Shown: in pieces, positions 22,716 to 36,800 of the stretch
Position numbering within the stretch: position 1 is the stretch's first letter
Layout of the letters: each line of letters starts with the position of its first letter
Translations under genes and position numbers: made by a program
The notes under the pieces: model-generated
What the model was told of the DNA's origin: nothing
The model's input: the letters and a program-made list of their open reading frames with translations, nothing else
Database searches by the model: none
Source: Utricularia gibba
Lineage: Eukaryota > Plantae > Magnoliophyta
Length of the DNA: 64,000 bases
Direction of reading: 5' to 3'
NCBI GenBank assembly: GCA_002189035.1
Contig: NEEC01000013.1
Coordinates: 2,604,001 to 2,668,000 of the forward strand

Positions 22716-25700
22716 ATGCCAGTGGCAGCGTCGGCGATTTACTTCCTTAATCTCCGGGGAGATGTCCTGATTAATCGTCTCTATCGTGATGATGTCGGGT
22801 CTGTGTATGCTACTTATTGCATCTTCTTCTTTTGTTCTGTATTTCTAGTGGTTCTTGTACCATTTTTGTTTCTGCTTTCCGAATGCAGTCAATGTAGTGT
22901 ATGGTAGGTATTTGAGTGATATGATTCAAATTCGCTTCCAGAAAACGCTGTCGTGTATAATAGAGCCGATTTTCATCTGTTAGTGCGTGAATACGAAGTT
23001 TTAATGTGGGGAACAGCTTCAACACCCTACTCTAAGAGCTTTTTTTCATTTGTGTAATATGTGATGTTAATGGCATGTTTGATGGAGGATGGACTCTTTT
23101 ATATTGATTAATTTATGCATAGCATTTCAGGGGCAACATGGTGGATGCTTTCCGAGTGCATATAATGCAAACAAAGGATCTTGGTACTTGTCCAGTACGG
23201 CAGATTGGAGGGTGCTCCTTTTTTTACATTAGGATCAGCAATGTATACATTGTGGTTGTTGTAAGCAGCAATGCGAATGTCGCTTGTGCATTCAAGTTTG
23301 TCGTTGAGGTACTTCATGCGTGTATTCAAACTAAAATTTCAATGAGGAACTGGTTTATGTATACATAAATTTTAGGTGCTTTCTTAATGCTGGTGCGCTT
23401 TTTCTTTTGAAGAATACATGGATGGACGGTAGATTGTTTCATGGGGCCTTTTTTGCTTCACTTGCAGGCAGTCACGTTATTTAAGTCTTACTTCGGCGGG
23501 GCCTTTGATGAGGATGCCATTCGCAATAATTTTGTTTTGATTTATGAGCTCTTGGATGGTTCGTAAGCCACTGCACCCAATTTATTTTTAGCAGTTTCTC
23601 TTTCCCGTGAAGATACTTTTCAAGTGAATATGGGACACTGATCTCCTATTTTTCAGAGCTTTCATAACCCATCCTTTTAAATATGAATCCAGTTCTTTTG
23701 TGTAGAAGACAACTAAGCGTTATTTTGACAGCAATTGTCGACGGTATTAAACCATATGTTAGTAGATCGGAAGACGATTTTTCAGCTCCCTGTTGCTTGT
23801 GGATTTTAGATTGACACATGGCAGGGTGCATATTCTAATTTTTTTGGGGGGCACGAAATTGCAGAAATCATGGATTTTGGATACCCTCAAAACCTTTCAC
23901 CTGAGATTTTGAAGCTTTACATTACACAGGAAGGCGTCCGGTCTCCATTTTCATCTAAGGTTTGGTTTTCCAATAAATTTTGGCTGGGTTTTAACTGTTG
24001 AAACCATTTATTTTTTAAAGGGCTGAAGTTGGTGATGAATCATATATATTCTGATCGCTGCTTTGACTCTATGCTCATTCTTTTGCAAAGGCGGTTGATA
24101 AACCTGTGCCCAATGCTACTTTACAAGTTACTGGTGCAGTTGGTTGGCGAAGGGAAGGTGTTGTTTATAAGAAGAATGAGGTGTGACACTTTCATTTCTG
24201 GCACCTTTTTACTCCCCTTTTATTTTGTATTTTTCTGTTCCTGATTCCCTTAAGTGGTTTGAATTCCTCAATAGGTATTTCTTGATATTGTCGAAAGTGT
24301 CAATCTGCTTATGTCATCCAAAGGTGAACATATCTGATTTCTTTGAATTGACAATATTCTCCAGGACTTATTTTCACAATTCCAAAAAGTGGGGGATGAA
24401 GTGAATTATTTGCCAATTATTTTGTGATTTGTAGGTATTGTCCTACGTTGTGATGTCACTGGGAAGATTCTCATGAAGTGCTTCTTGTCTGGAATGCCTG
24501 ATTTAAAATTGGGCTTGAATGACAAAATTGGACTTGAAAAAGAATCACAGCTTAAGTCCCGGCCTGCAAAGAGGTGTATCTCTATTCTGTCCTATGTAGT
24601 ATGGATTTAGCATTTTACTCCATAGATAAGATAACACTCACATGTCAAGGTGAAAGTTCTCATAATGCCTTCTTCATGGATGAAATTTGGGTTGAATTCT
24701 TTAAACTGACTTCCACATTTATGTTAATTTCATCTTCCCTTGTCTATGTAAAGATCTGTATGATATCCCGTGTCTAATAATACATTGCTTTACAGTGGGA
24801 AAACAATAGAGCTTGATGATGTGACCTTTCATCAATGTGTAAACCTGACAAGATTCAATTCTGAGAAGACTGTTAGCTTCGTTCCACCTGATGGCGAGTT
24901 TGAATTGATGAAGTATGATGATCTCTAGTCAGTTCCCAGATTCCTTTCATCAAAATTTTATTTTTTCTGGCATTGCTTACTCTAACAAGGTTTTTGTCAG
25001 GTATCGTATAACAGAAGGTGTAAATCTTCCATTCAGGGTTCTGCCAACTATCAAGGAATTAGGACGCACACGTATGGAAGTGAATGTCAAGGTTGGCAAG
25101 ATTTTAGTGCCGTTTAATTTTTTGCTTTTAGCTACATTCTCAGCTCTAAAATAACTGTCTCCCTCCAGGTAAAAAGTGTCTTTGGGGCAAAAATGTTTGC
25201 ACTCGGGGTAGTTGTTAAGATCCCAGTACCAAAACAAACAGCAAAGACGAGCTTTCAGGTGACATCAGGCCGGGCAAAGTATAATCCATCAATAGATTGT
25301 TTGGTTTGGAAGTAAGTTGTGCACATTTATGTTAGTGTCGTTGGTTCTTTTGCAATGTTTTTTGGTAGTACGGTATATTAGAACTTGGCAAAATTTTTAA
25401 GCCTTGCTACATCATCATGCAATTCAGCAGTGCTTGGCACCTCATAATTCTACTTTTTCAGGATAAAGAAGTTTCCCGGGCAAACCGAGCCAACTCTGAG
25501 TGCTGAAGTGGAGCTAATATCCACAATGAACGAAAAGAAGTCATGGACACGACCTCCAATTCAGATGGAATTCCAGGTGCATAAAGAGAATGCATTCATT
25601 TGAGCAAATTACATATCCATGCTCAGTAGCTTCCAGACACACCCTTCTTTTTCCAAAATTTCCTGGGCAGGTCCCTATGTTCACTGCTTCCGGGCTCCGT

Positions 25701-25864
25701 GTTCGATTTCTCAAGGTACTCATGGATTCTCTCTTGTACGGTGATGAGATTTCACCCACTCTAAAACAGTTGAACTTCCTCAGGTTTGGGAGAAGAGTGG
25801 ATACAACACCGTGGAATGGGTCCGCTACATCACAAAAGCCGGCTCTTATGAAATTAGGTGCTGA
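22716..25864 (+). CDS. AP2M: AP-2 adaptor complex subunit mu
   Basis: Multi-exon gene: [98 protein letters not shown]. Confidence 0.97.
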
Positions 25865-26019
25865 ACAGCTTCAAAGTATGTCATCCGGAGCAGCAGGGTC
25901 CTGCAGCCTGAGTAAGTGAATCCATGTCTGATGCACTTTCTTCTCATTCAACATGCTGTCCTTCCTAAGACAATCATGTCGATTCCCACACCACATTTTC
26001 ATGGCCGTTTCTTCTGTCT

Positions 26020-26046
26020 CCCCCCCCCCCCCCCCCTTTTTTTTTT
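26020..26046. repeat. C17-T10 homopolymer pair downstream of AP2M
   Basis: Directly visible. Confidence 0.9.
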
Positions 26047-26763
26047 GTAATACTGAGACCATGTATTTCTTTCCCTTGCAGATGAAGCATATTGGAGTAT
26101 TTTTTGTAACACCGAGACCGTGTATTTATTAAATATGTATAATAAATTTAACATAAAATATAAAGATTTAAATTTATATAAAATCAGTTTTATCAAATTA
26201 AATAAAATCAATCCAAAACTGTCCGAACACGAACGCATTGGATAACGTATTGTTTTGAATGTCCGTACTTTTTTTTTACTGAGTGAGGATGGCATGTTGT
26301 ACCTGACATCATGATGTGCGATGTTGTTGCCTAACAACAAAATAAAAAAATACCTTCATTTAATAAAAGTGTGACGACATGCTGGATGATTAAATATATG
26401 TTATTTATTTAATATTGTGAGAGGTGAATGATTTTGTTTTGACCCCTAATTTGAGACCACGGGAAGGAGACACATACGCTGCCCACCCGCGCCTCGCCTC
26501 CGGGCCCACGCACCCCCTGGCGTCTTCGTCCTGTGGAGGACCGACAAGCAAGCTGACTGACTGACGACTGGCTGACTTTGGGGAGCCAGCCAGCCTTGTG
26601 TTCTCACCTACCGCTCGCTCGCTCGCTACCTCCTCCAGTTTTGGCTGAAGGGTGCAGATCCTATCCTGATATTGTGTCTCTCTAATTGCATTGCTGGCTT
26701 GCGTTTCTGGGGCGTCTGGAGTTCAATTCAAGCTCTGTAATTTCCCCTTTCTGTGGCTGTTCT

Positions 26764-29700
26764 ATGGATTCCCGGGATTTCTCTGCTCCTCCGCCACCCC
26801 ACATCCTCCACCACCATCATTCTTACCTGCACCAGCAGCAGCAGCAGCAGCAGCAGCATCACCATGGGGTTGTGATGGTTCCTCAACCTCAGCCGCAGCA
26901 TTTTGCCTTGAACAACTCTTACCCGCTTCAGGGAACTAGCATCTCCGTCGGGCCACCCGCCACCTCCATGATGCACCATCAAAACTCCAAGTTCCCTTTC
27001 ATCGCGGTTCCGGCGGCGCCCAAGGCGCATGATCATCAGTTCTCGGATGGGTCGCCTTCAGCAAGCGGCGGTGCTTGGCTTGGAATCGAGCCGGCGAAGA
27101 AGAAAAGGGGTAGGCCCAGAAAATACTCCCCTGATAACAGCATTGGTCTGGGCTTGTCGCCTGCCCCTGGCGCTCAGGCTTTATCAGCCATGGATTCAAG
27201 TGCGCCAGCCGGCAGTTTATCCTCCGAAACTCCGGTAAAACGCAACCGAGGGAGGCCCCCTGGATCTGGGAAAATGCAGATGAACGCCTTAGGTTACTCT
27301 AGTTCTTGATCATGAGCTCTCTTTTCTTATATAGATAATCTCTATTTTTGTGAATCCACTATGCTCTCTTTTCTGATTTTTCGTCTCTGAACAGGAGTTG
27401 CAGGAGTTGGCTTTACACCCCATGTTATTATTGTAAATCCAGGAGAGGTAATCTCTAGTTGCATTCCTGAAATTCTACAAGCAGATGCTTTCGTCAAGCT
27501 GCATTAAATATTAATGAGATTCTCCTGAATTTCTAAGCTCTACCTTTTTTTTCTGCTTTTCCAAAGCAATGAAAAAGGATATAAAGCCGGAGATGCAATA
27601 TAATGTTTTTTAGTAGCAAGTGGTTGTTTGTCGTGCTTTCTAATATGTGAACATTTTTTCTTTTTCCATTGGTTGAAGCAAAAATTTGAATATTTTCTTC
27701 CGAAGGTTTTTGTGGATATCATCGTTCTGACACAAGTATTTTTGAACATTTGCTTACTTATCGTTTTTCTTTCACTGCTTTCATTTTCTTCTAATTTCAG
27801 TTTTGGGACTATGACAGTCTTTTTGTATGCTATTTTCACGAGTTTTGGTAAAAATACTGCGTCAAATTTAACTAGAAGTCCAGTGTATAATTTTGCCAAG
27901 ATGTTAACTTTGGTAAAAATACTGAATCTTTATGCTCTTTGAATTCTTAAAATGTGTACATTATTTTTGTGGATCACTTGCTCTTGGCGTTTTCAATAGG
28001 TTTATGCGCAGTATCTCTGTTTGATATGCAGAGGCTTGTAATTATTTTTCTGGTTTTGTAGCTTAGCTTTTAGAAGTAAATTTTGAATGTGGTTCTGAGC
28101 TGTGTTGTGCCAAAGTGACTCAGTATCACTGCCATTGTGCCTTAAAAATTTTTCCGTTGTGAGTGGTTCATGATATAAACTAAAAATGATGTCTCAACAC
28201 CTAGATTGTTAGTTAGATATTCTTCAGCGTGTTTACACTTCCGTGTGCATATTTTTTGATAATTTTCAATTTCATCTTACCGTATGCATCCCGTGTTGCT
28301 TTTGGTGCGTCATAAGGTTCCAATATCCTTCATGTACTATTACATAGCTCCTCCTGAAAAAAATCCATAGGGGAATCTTTTGCATACCAGGTACTAGGAT
28401 TGTTATTCTTCAATACTGTGCAACTGAACTTGTTGGGTATAATTCACATAGGACCTGAATCTTATTGTGACTCCACAGCTAAAGCCTGATGTGGTATTTT
28501 TGTCATTTGCATTGCAAGATAGTCTGTTATGATGTAAATTTAAAAAAAAAATTATAGCAATCCTTTGAAACAGGATAACTGTCTAAGTGTGCATTGATTA
28601 AAGTAGATATCAGTGCAATGCTTGGACTAGAGAAGGTAGAGGAATAAAGTTGGAAAAAATTGTTGCTTGAAAAATTCATAACTCTAAGAATGTCTATGAG
28701 TGAGCAATGTGCCTAGTCTTATCCTGCATTGAGTATCTAAACCCCTTGGTTTGTTTTTCTAATAGTGTTTTAGATTAATACGGAGAAGTGTAGTGTGTTG
28801 AAGGAAACCTGCTGCTCTTATTAGCTTCGTTGTGTGTGGTTTATGTTCACTCATTCGATTAGAATCTGCATTTGAAGGCTGTATACCACGGGAAATCATG
28901 TGGTTTGCTATGCACCAGCATGGCTAAGGCCCTAATCATGCAATCATGATGTAAAAAAACAAACCCAAAAAACTTTTTTACTACTTCACCTTGGTTGTTG
29001 ATGTACGACAGTTAGCTTTCTGAAACAACTGGTTACAGAAGATTTTCTCATGTACTTGAAAGAAAAAGTCACTATCCAAAACAAGGCCTTAATTTTGTTA
29101 GATTCTGTCTGTCTGATATCTTTGAAAGAAAATTTTATAAAAAAGGAAAATGGCTAAGGAAAGTTGAAGTAGGCGCTGTAGATTGCTCTAATTTAAAAAC
29201 TCGAACTTATACATTGGTATGCTGCCATTAACTTGTTGACTATTTAAAATTTAAAAAGTGATTATTGGTTTTTTAGGTGCACCTTTTATATGAAAAGAAA
29301 CAATGATCTTGTAGGACTTGACGTTTTCAGTTGTACAAGAATGTTGTTATTTAAAATGTACCGGACTTCACCTCACTGAATATCTGAAAGAAAGATCATG
29401 AATTTTTTTAACCTGAGAAATGATAACTAGATTCTTATGAGTTTCTCAGTCGTGTTGGCTGCACATGAAGAAAAGTGGGCAGTTTCTTCTTGGCATTCCA
29501 TTGACCTTGTGAATGTTCAAATTTACATTTTTGTTTCAAGTTAGCATGTTCCACATTTTCTCTCTGTTGACCTTGTTCACGGTCAGCTGCTTAACTCTTA
29601 TGAATATTATGGTATGTAATTCCAAGCTTTGACAATCATCAGCTAGGGAGATGCTGTAATGAAATGAAGCGTGATGAAGGAATGGCTGACTGTTTTTAAA

Positions 29701-30849
29701 GTTTCATTATATCTTTTATAGGACATAGTTTCAAAGATCATGGATTTCTCCCAACAAGGGCCACGCACGGTTTGCATTTTGTCGGCCACAGGTGCTGTCA
29801 GTAGCGTTAACCTTCGTCAGAAAACAACATCAACTACTGTTGCGTATGAGGTATGTTGTCTAGAACCCCTGAGCCTTGTTTTTTAATTTTTCAGTCGTCC
29901 TTTCTTCTTAAGATCACACGATGGTTTCAGTAGAAACTTAGCATTTAAAAGCATTTTGGTGGCTTCTGCTAGCATTTAAAAGCATTTTGTTGGCTTCTGC
30001 TGGCGTCTGAGACTTTTGAATAGGCACTAAAGAGCACCCCTCTTGATTTCTTGAATTTATGGCATGCGCCAGGCTGCAGCATCATAGAGAGATGAGATAT
30101 GACTTGATATGTGCATTTTCTGTTTCTTTTTAATCGCTCATAGCTGATGTTACTGAGCTCTTTCTTTTTTCTTGTTTATGTTTTTTCCCTTCACCTTTTC
30201 GTAATGAGTAGCAACCATGTCATCTATTTGCCTCATGGGCGATGACTTGCTGCTGTCACGAAGTTATGCTCTGAGTTCCGGGTCATCTGTATCTGAACTG
30301 GTTGCTTGCACCGTAGACTGAAGGGTGGATCGATTGCTTCCATTTGCAGGGCCGTTTCGATATCATCTCTTTGTCGGGTTCGTTTCCATCACCCGAGAGC
30401 AATGGAATCAATAGCGAGACTGGCGGCCTGAGTGTGTCACTCTCCGGCTCCGATGGGAGGGTACTGGGTGGCGGAGTTGCAGGAATCCTTAAAGCAGCAT
30501 CTGCTGTTCAGGTGACATTGCCTCGACCCTTTTCTCTCCTCTGTCTCATCACCATCTAAACAAACACCCTTCCCATCTTCTCCAGATCATCGTTGGAAGC
30601 TTCATCACAGAGGTCAAAAAACAGAGGACTGCTGCTGATGCTGCTGCAACCTCACACACTCCTCCACCTGCACATTTGATGGATTTCGGCGGCCCGGGGA
30701 CAGGCGCAAGCCCTTCGTCCGGTGGTTCAAGCGAATCAGGTGAGGAGAACGGAAACATGAACCATGGCCACGCACCATATCCTAACCTCGGACAGCCAAT
30801 TCCAATGTACCCTGTGGGCTACTCCATGAAAAGGCATCCCACCAATTAA
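26764..30849 (+). CDS. AT-hook motif nuclear-localized protein (AHL, intron-containing clade, two AT-hooks plus PPC domain)
   Basis: Exons 26764..27292, 27395..27447, 29722..29850, 30350..30511, 30586..30849. AT-hooks KKKRGRPRKY and KRNRGRPPGSGK; PPC domain GFTPHV..GED, GRFDIISLSGSF, LSVSLSGSDGRVLGGGVAG. Confidence 0.94.
26833..26856 (+). repeat. (CAG)8 poly-Gln flanked by His codons in AHL exon 1
   Basis: Directly visible. Confidence 0.95.
29939..30000 (+). repeat. 31-bp tandem duplication in AHL intron 3
   Basis: TAGCATTTAAAAGCATTTTG(G/T)TGGCTTCTGC occurs twice with one mismatch. Confidence 0.9.
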
Positions 30850-33095
30850 GGATCTACCTCCAGGTTAATGCTGCTTGTTTTTATTATTCACAGATAGCCA
30901 TTCTCTGTGTAGTCTCTCTCGCCTTCAGAAAGTGGAATTGGATGTGGCTCTTGTAGTCCCCAAAGGGTCCAAGAGTTTTGTAGAACCTTCCAATTGCATT
31001 GGCCAGTTCTCCTAGAATTACTGATTCATGTTGTGCAAGAACATGATGCTTGCTATTCCCTCTGTTTTATAACAGCATTGCTTTGCATCATAAACAAAAA
31101 TGGCTCTTCATCAAGACAGTATCAGTCAGTCTCTCTTTCCCTTCTTCTGCCTTGCTTCAACACGCACACAAGAACAACAGCACAGCATAATGAACAACAT
31201 ACAGGTCTGAAAATTGCAGCCACCAGTGCGTATGGATACAACTCAAGGGATTCTGAACAACAGGAATAAGCCCTAACCAACGTCTGTCTTCCAAGCAGAC
31301 ACCAAATGATGACTTGCTCTGTTCTGAAACACCAGTTGCATGTAGATGAGAAAGACTGTAAAGGGAGAAAACACAGCAGCAGCCGCACCATGGGATGGAC
31401 TTTTCACTACTCCAGAAAAAACAAATGAACCAGTGGAGCAATTTGCACGCCGCAGTAGCCAACAAGTGACTCCTCATCATCAAAACAGTCTTTTCTTCTG
31501 ATCTCCATTGCGAAAATGCCTTATTTTTTTTCTTTGTTTTTTTAAATATTATTTTAAGATTGAAAATTTTTTTTTTTTTCAAAATCACCCCTATTAAAAA
31601 ATAAATTGCCAAAGGAGGCATAATTCATACTTTTTTTTGTTCCAATTTCTGTAGTCAGCACCAATTAAAATAAAATCCAAGTGACCCATGACATGGCAAT
31701 CATGCCCCCATCTACATCATGGGCATAGCTGTAGAGTCTAGAGAATATTTTGAATGTTGAGAGTTTATCTCAACTTGGATAATAATTTATGGTCAAGATT
31801 CACTTGACATTAAAAAATAAAAAATCTAGATATACCCAATTACGAAATTTTATAATGAATTAGTTATCCCGATCCCAATTACATATTCGGATGCGGGTCG
31901 AAAAACCCGTATCATTTATAGAGGGTCACTCATCCTAGTACTAATTTAGATTCAAATATGTTTGTGTAGGATTGTATGTGGCTACTTTGGTCATGGGGTG
32001 TTATGTTTGATGTTTGGGGTCCACGTTGAATAATGTGGTTGTTGTTATGAGACGAGGACCCGACCGAGAAGAAAGACACAGTGGTTGGTAATAATCAATC
32101 ACACCAATTAATTCCACACCCATTCACCGGATCTTGGTCGGAATTTACTGCACTGCATTCATCCACCCCGCTTCCCTCTTGTGCTTGGTTTCACTCCCGA
32201 GAAAGAAAGAAAAAAAAAAATAGTACTCTTTTCTTTCTACTGGGTGCTTGCGCATATTCATGATATGGAAGAGAGGAGGGCCCTGTGCAGCGCCATTGCC
32301 AGCACCGGCATTCATTTCAGAGAGACAAAAACACCACCACCATTAGATAAGATGCACGCAGACATTCTCTGCATGTGTTTGAGATTTTCTTGGTGTAGAG
32401 TTTGATGTGGCCCCCTGGATGAACCACATCCCAGCAACTGAAATCAACGATGGAATGAAACTTTGTGTGCTGTCCTCTGCTTAAACCGGGTGGTTTGTTT
32501 AGTTAGGAGAATGAGTGTTTCCCGCAGCAGATTCTTTCATGTTTCAGTGCCAGTACGGGATAAGGAAATGACAATTTGGTTCCATTATTTTGTGAAGCAG
32601 CCCTCCCTCTCACACTGCCATCTGGTTCTTACAAGGTCCCCTAGCTGCTGGTTCAAGTCCAAGGGGAAGGGGCCGCACACACCAACACCCACGTTGGTGT
32701 TTGTGTGTGTATTTAAGGAGGTGAGGAGGACTGAGAAAGAGATTGTTGGTTGGAGGCAGACATTGAAGAGGGGAGGCTTTTGGTCTCATCATCTTAACCT
32801 TCACAGCATCACAGAAAACCAAACCAAACCAAAATCCACACACTACTTGATCCTGTTTCTACTTGCTCTCCTTAGTCTTGGTGACTTTTGGTCTCATTTT
32901 TTCATGTTACTGCTACTGCCTCTCAGAGCTCAGATTTTTGTCCCCATCTTCCCACTCAAACTTTGCCAACCAATCCTATCAATTCACAACCTAGCAGCAG
33001 CAGCCATCTCTCCTTTATATCTCCACAAACCTTAACTTCTCCCTCACCATATCCTCCCACAAAGCCTCTTGACACAGCAAAGGTTCTGCTGCCTC

Positions 33096-33652
33096 ATGAT
33101 CCGAAAATCCAAGAGATCCGGTTGCGAGGACGACGATTCGTGGCAAGTCCGGGCGTTTCAGGAAGATGCAGCGGCCAACATATTGGGCTGCACATGGCCT
33201 CCCCGCTCCTACACTTGTGCCTTCTGTAGAAGGGAGTTTCGTTCGGCTCAGGCACTTGGGGTCACATGAACGTCCACCGCCGTGACCGCGCCCGGTTGCA
33301 CGAGCTGTTGCCGGCTCCGAAAGCCGGAGAATTCGCAGCCGCGGCGACGGGTCTGAGGAACCTTAATCCCTACCATTTACCTAACCCTAGCTCCATTCTA
33401 ATCCCTAATCCACACATGGGCGCTTTTTCTTCTCTTCTTCCGATCACACCCTCCATTTTAGTCCCCGATCCACATCTTGGGTTCCTCCCCATTCCTCCCG
33501 GGTTACACAAAAGCTACCCCGATCCGCCGCATTCCGGGGAGGCTTCCGATTCGCCTTACAGTGGTTGCGGCATCGATCACGGGTACCCCCCCTTCGGAAA
33601 AGTGGATTTGGAGCTCCGCTTGGGGCAGAGACGACCACCACCCCCACCATAA
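33096..33652 (+). CDS. SUPERMAN/ZP1-like single C2H2 zinc-finger repressor with EAR motif; apparent 1-nt frameshift in QALGGH
   Basis: [32 protein letters not shown] then a frame change to (G)[12 protein letters not shown]; C-terminal DLELRL. The G run at 33258..33261 has 4 G where GGG GGT needs 5. Confidence 0.88.
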
Positions 33653-33794
33653 AACAAACAAAAAAAAAAAAGGCATCCCTTTGGTTGGTTTGTCTCTATC
33701 CGGATCCCCCTCCCCCTTTTCTTCTACTAAATTCCTGCTTTTGATTGTCTTCCCCCGTCTCCTGATTCTGCTTCTCCAGCTTTCCTCCTCGAAT

Positions 33795-33834
33795 AAAAAA
33801 AAAAAAAGAAGAAGAAGAAGAAGAAGAAGAAGAA
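33795..33834 (+). repeat. A13-(GAA)9 simple repeat
   Basis: Directly visible downstream of the zinc-finger gene. Confidence 0.9.
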
Positions 33835-36800
33835 AAGGGAATGGCGCTGGCGCTGGCTAGCTAGGGTTTGATTGGGTGGCAGTGCAGCGTCATTTTCTGT
33901 CATTGAATTCTGAGCATATGCAGTGTATGTAATTTGTATGTATATGTGGTCGACACACATTCCCGTGTGGATGTTCCAAGATTTGGCATTTTCTTGTCCG
34001 TATACGACATTAAATATTACCACATACGCCCGAATACTCCCACTGTTCCTCAGTAGCCACCAGCTACCAGCTGCTGCCTCCCCATTCCCAAAAAGCCACC
34101 AAAATCGTAACGGGATGCAGACCACGCAGAAAACAGCAACAGCCATACAATACAATTACAGGAGGAGGAGGAGAAAAGAGTGCTTCAGGATTCCCAACTT
34201 CCACCTCATTTACCAAACTCTTTTGTTGGGTGCAGCCATATTCAAATTTAAGGAACTAGTCTTTTCATGTTTGCAACTTGGAGTATATTTCACATGATTA
34301 GTTATTTAAATTTTGACGTATCGAACATATTGATTAGTGAAAAGTAGAGTGTTTTGGTAACTAGGAATAGTCCCACACCACTCAAAAACCGAGGGGAGGA
34401 TACCCATTTCCATTTTACATGTAACTTAAAGGATGTTTGATAGTATAGTATATAGAATTTATACTCAAGTTTACATATAAATTATTGTTTCATTAATTAG
34501 CATATATATGTCAATCTTGTATAGTTATATCACTCACTTACTTTTTTTGAGTATGTAATTGATATACATGAATGGAGAAGAGGGAGGGGGAGGGGGAAGA
34601 GAGGCTAATTATATCTATACTACTCAAATAATTAAACTTCCATTCTTGAATATTAAACATTATATACAATTTAGTATATTCATACTTAATTACACTATAC
34701 TTAAATATATTAATATTTTACGATCAAATGTACTTTATGTTAGAAGCATGTTTGGTATCTAGATTTTGACGTATTGTACAAATTTACTTTTTCCATATTT
34801 TCTATTTCAAACATTTTTTTTTATCACAATTAGTAGTTCTCAATGTTTTTTACTTTGAATATTTTTGTATAATAGGCATAGTTATTACATAAATTTTCCT
34901 TGAACATGAACCAAAATCACAACGGGATGACCAAAATTTTAGTGTCCAATTTTTGGCGTACTCGACAAAAATGTAGTATAAAATTATGTTAGCAGCCTAA
35001 ATGAGAAAGAACGTCACCTAACTCACTACTGAATCCTCATTTGTGAGGATCTATATTTGGCAATGATGCAATTATATAAAGAGAAAAAAGAAGTGGAATA
35101 AATTCTGATTTTGGAATGATGTTGGCAGCAAGTCCACTCTCGAGGACAAAGGAACCATCAAATGCAAAGGTACAAAAGTAGTTTCAGCAACCAACGTGCC
35201 ACGACAAATCTGATAACGAGACATAAAAAAACAAAACAAAGGCTGCTGTAAAAATTAGCCGCATCCTCACACACGTCACTCACTCGCTCCTGTGTCTGTG
35301 TTTTGGAACATAACGTTTACATCCCAGATTTTCACGACACAAGGAGTCAAGACAAGTAACTACAAACTACCCAATTTATCAAATATTACACAATCATTCT
35401 TCCTGTTTTCACCATTCTGATATGATCACTCCCCATTCCACTCCCACCAATCGCCGCAGTCCCTTTGTGTAGCTGGGAATTCTACTGGGAAGGTGCTGAT
35501 TCCTCTTCAGCACATCTGCTGAGGAAAAAACTTGCTGGTAATGGGAATCAATGGGGGAGGAAGGGAATGGAAGGGAGTCATAGTATCAATGGAAACAGGG
35601 ATCGTCGTTTTGGGACAACGGAATCACTGGTGAGACGCAAAGATCGATCCAACACCGGAATCATAAATCACTGTGGCGCGTGGAGAGGGAGCGCAGAGGC
35701 AAACATGCGTCCTGCAGTGAATACTGTTGCCACAGAATTAGGGATCGTGCAGTCATTGTTTGGGAAAGCACACAAAGCAAATTAAAAAAAAAAAAAAAGA
35801 GCAACAGAGGAACAGACAATGCCCTCGTCGATTTCAGTAATTAAAAGCCTTCTGAATCCAAAGCATGTTCATTTTTTTTGTTGTTTTGGAATGATGGGTT
35901 TCTTCTTTACTACATCTACTTTTTTTCCCCCTTCAAATCCTAGAGAGAGTACCATCGTTACTCCTCCAACATTCGTATGTCTTTTAAAACCAGAGACAAA
36001 GGTTTGTCCACTTTGCGGAGGAATTTTTGTCCGAACAGTACGGCAGCTAGCGGCTCACCCTTCATCCGCTTCGCCACAACTGAGAAAAGGAACTGATTTT
36101 GAAGAGTGAGTGTGATGGGGTTTAGGGTTTAGCATGGGATCGAATGCAGACAAAAAAGTATTGGTGCGGTGGGAATTGGGGTAGCCCTAAATGTCAGATT
36201 AATATAATACTAATCACCCTCCCTCATACTCATGCACGTAGCAGCAGAGCAGATCTCCTCTGCAAATACGACGTAGCCTTAGGATATAAAATAGGACGTA
36301 GGGATTCCATCAAAAACTATAACAGTTTTGTCCCCACAGTCCCACCATGTGAAAGAAAGAATCGCAAAAGCAGACACGATCCCCCACACGCACTTTCGTT
36401 TTTGAATAATCAATCAAAATCATTCATTCATATCTCCCAACTGCGGTAAAAAAAAAAAAAAGAAAGAAGAAGAAGAATTCTAACCACTCACTGTAACTTC
36501 CACCTTTAACTTGGAATCTGTGTTGGAAGATTGGATGTAGTTTAGGGTTTCCCCAGAATGAGATCCAGCAGAAGGCCATCTGCTTCAACAGATCAGTGAT
36601 GGTGTGGAACGTGCTCTTTCCCAACGTTTGTAAGGTGGGTCACGTCGATCCCAAATCGTAAAGCAGGCCATATTTTATGCTGAATCATCAAGAAGAGGAG
36701 GGAGGATCCAGTAAATGGTAGCAGATTCATAGTAAGTTTGGAAAGACACAGGATGAAACTGTGGTGGCTGACCCAGTAAAGATGTAATAAAGAGGACAGC

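Noticed and set aside
31606-31630. TGCCAAAGGAG resembles the 5' half of miR399
   Set aside because: Only 11 nt match and there is no complementary arm.
32613-32640. TCTTACAAGGTC matches 12 nt of the tasiR-ARF/TAS3 core
   Set aside because: The flanks do not match the 21-nt tasiR-ARF and I saw no miR390 sites nearby.
35426-35580. Possible miR482/2118-like hairpin (pyrimidine and purine arms)
   Set aside because: Pairing needs 3-4 nt bulges, the arms are low-complexity, and the arm order is opposite to that of miR482 precursors.
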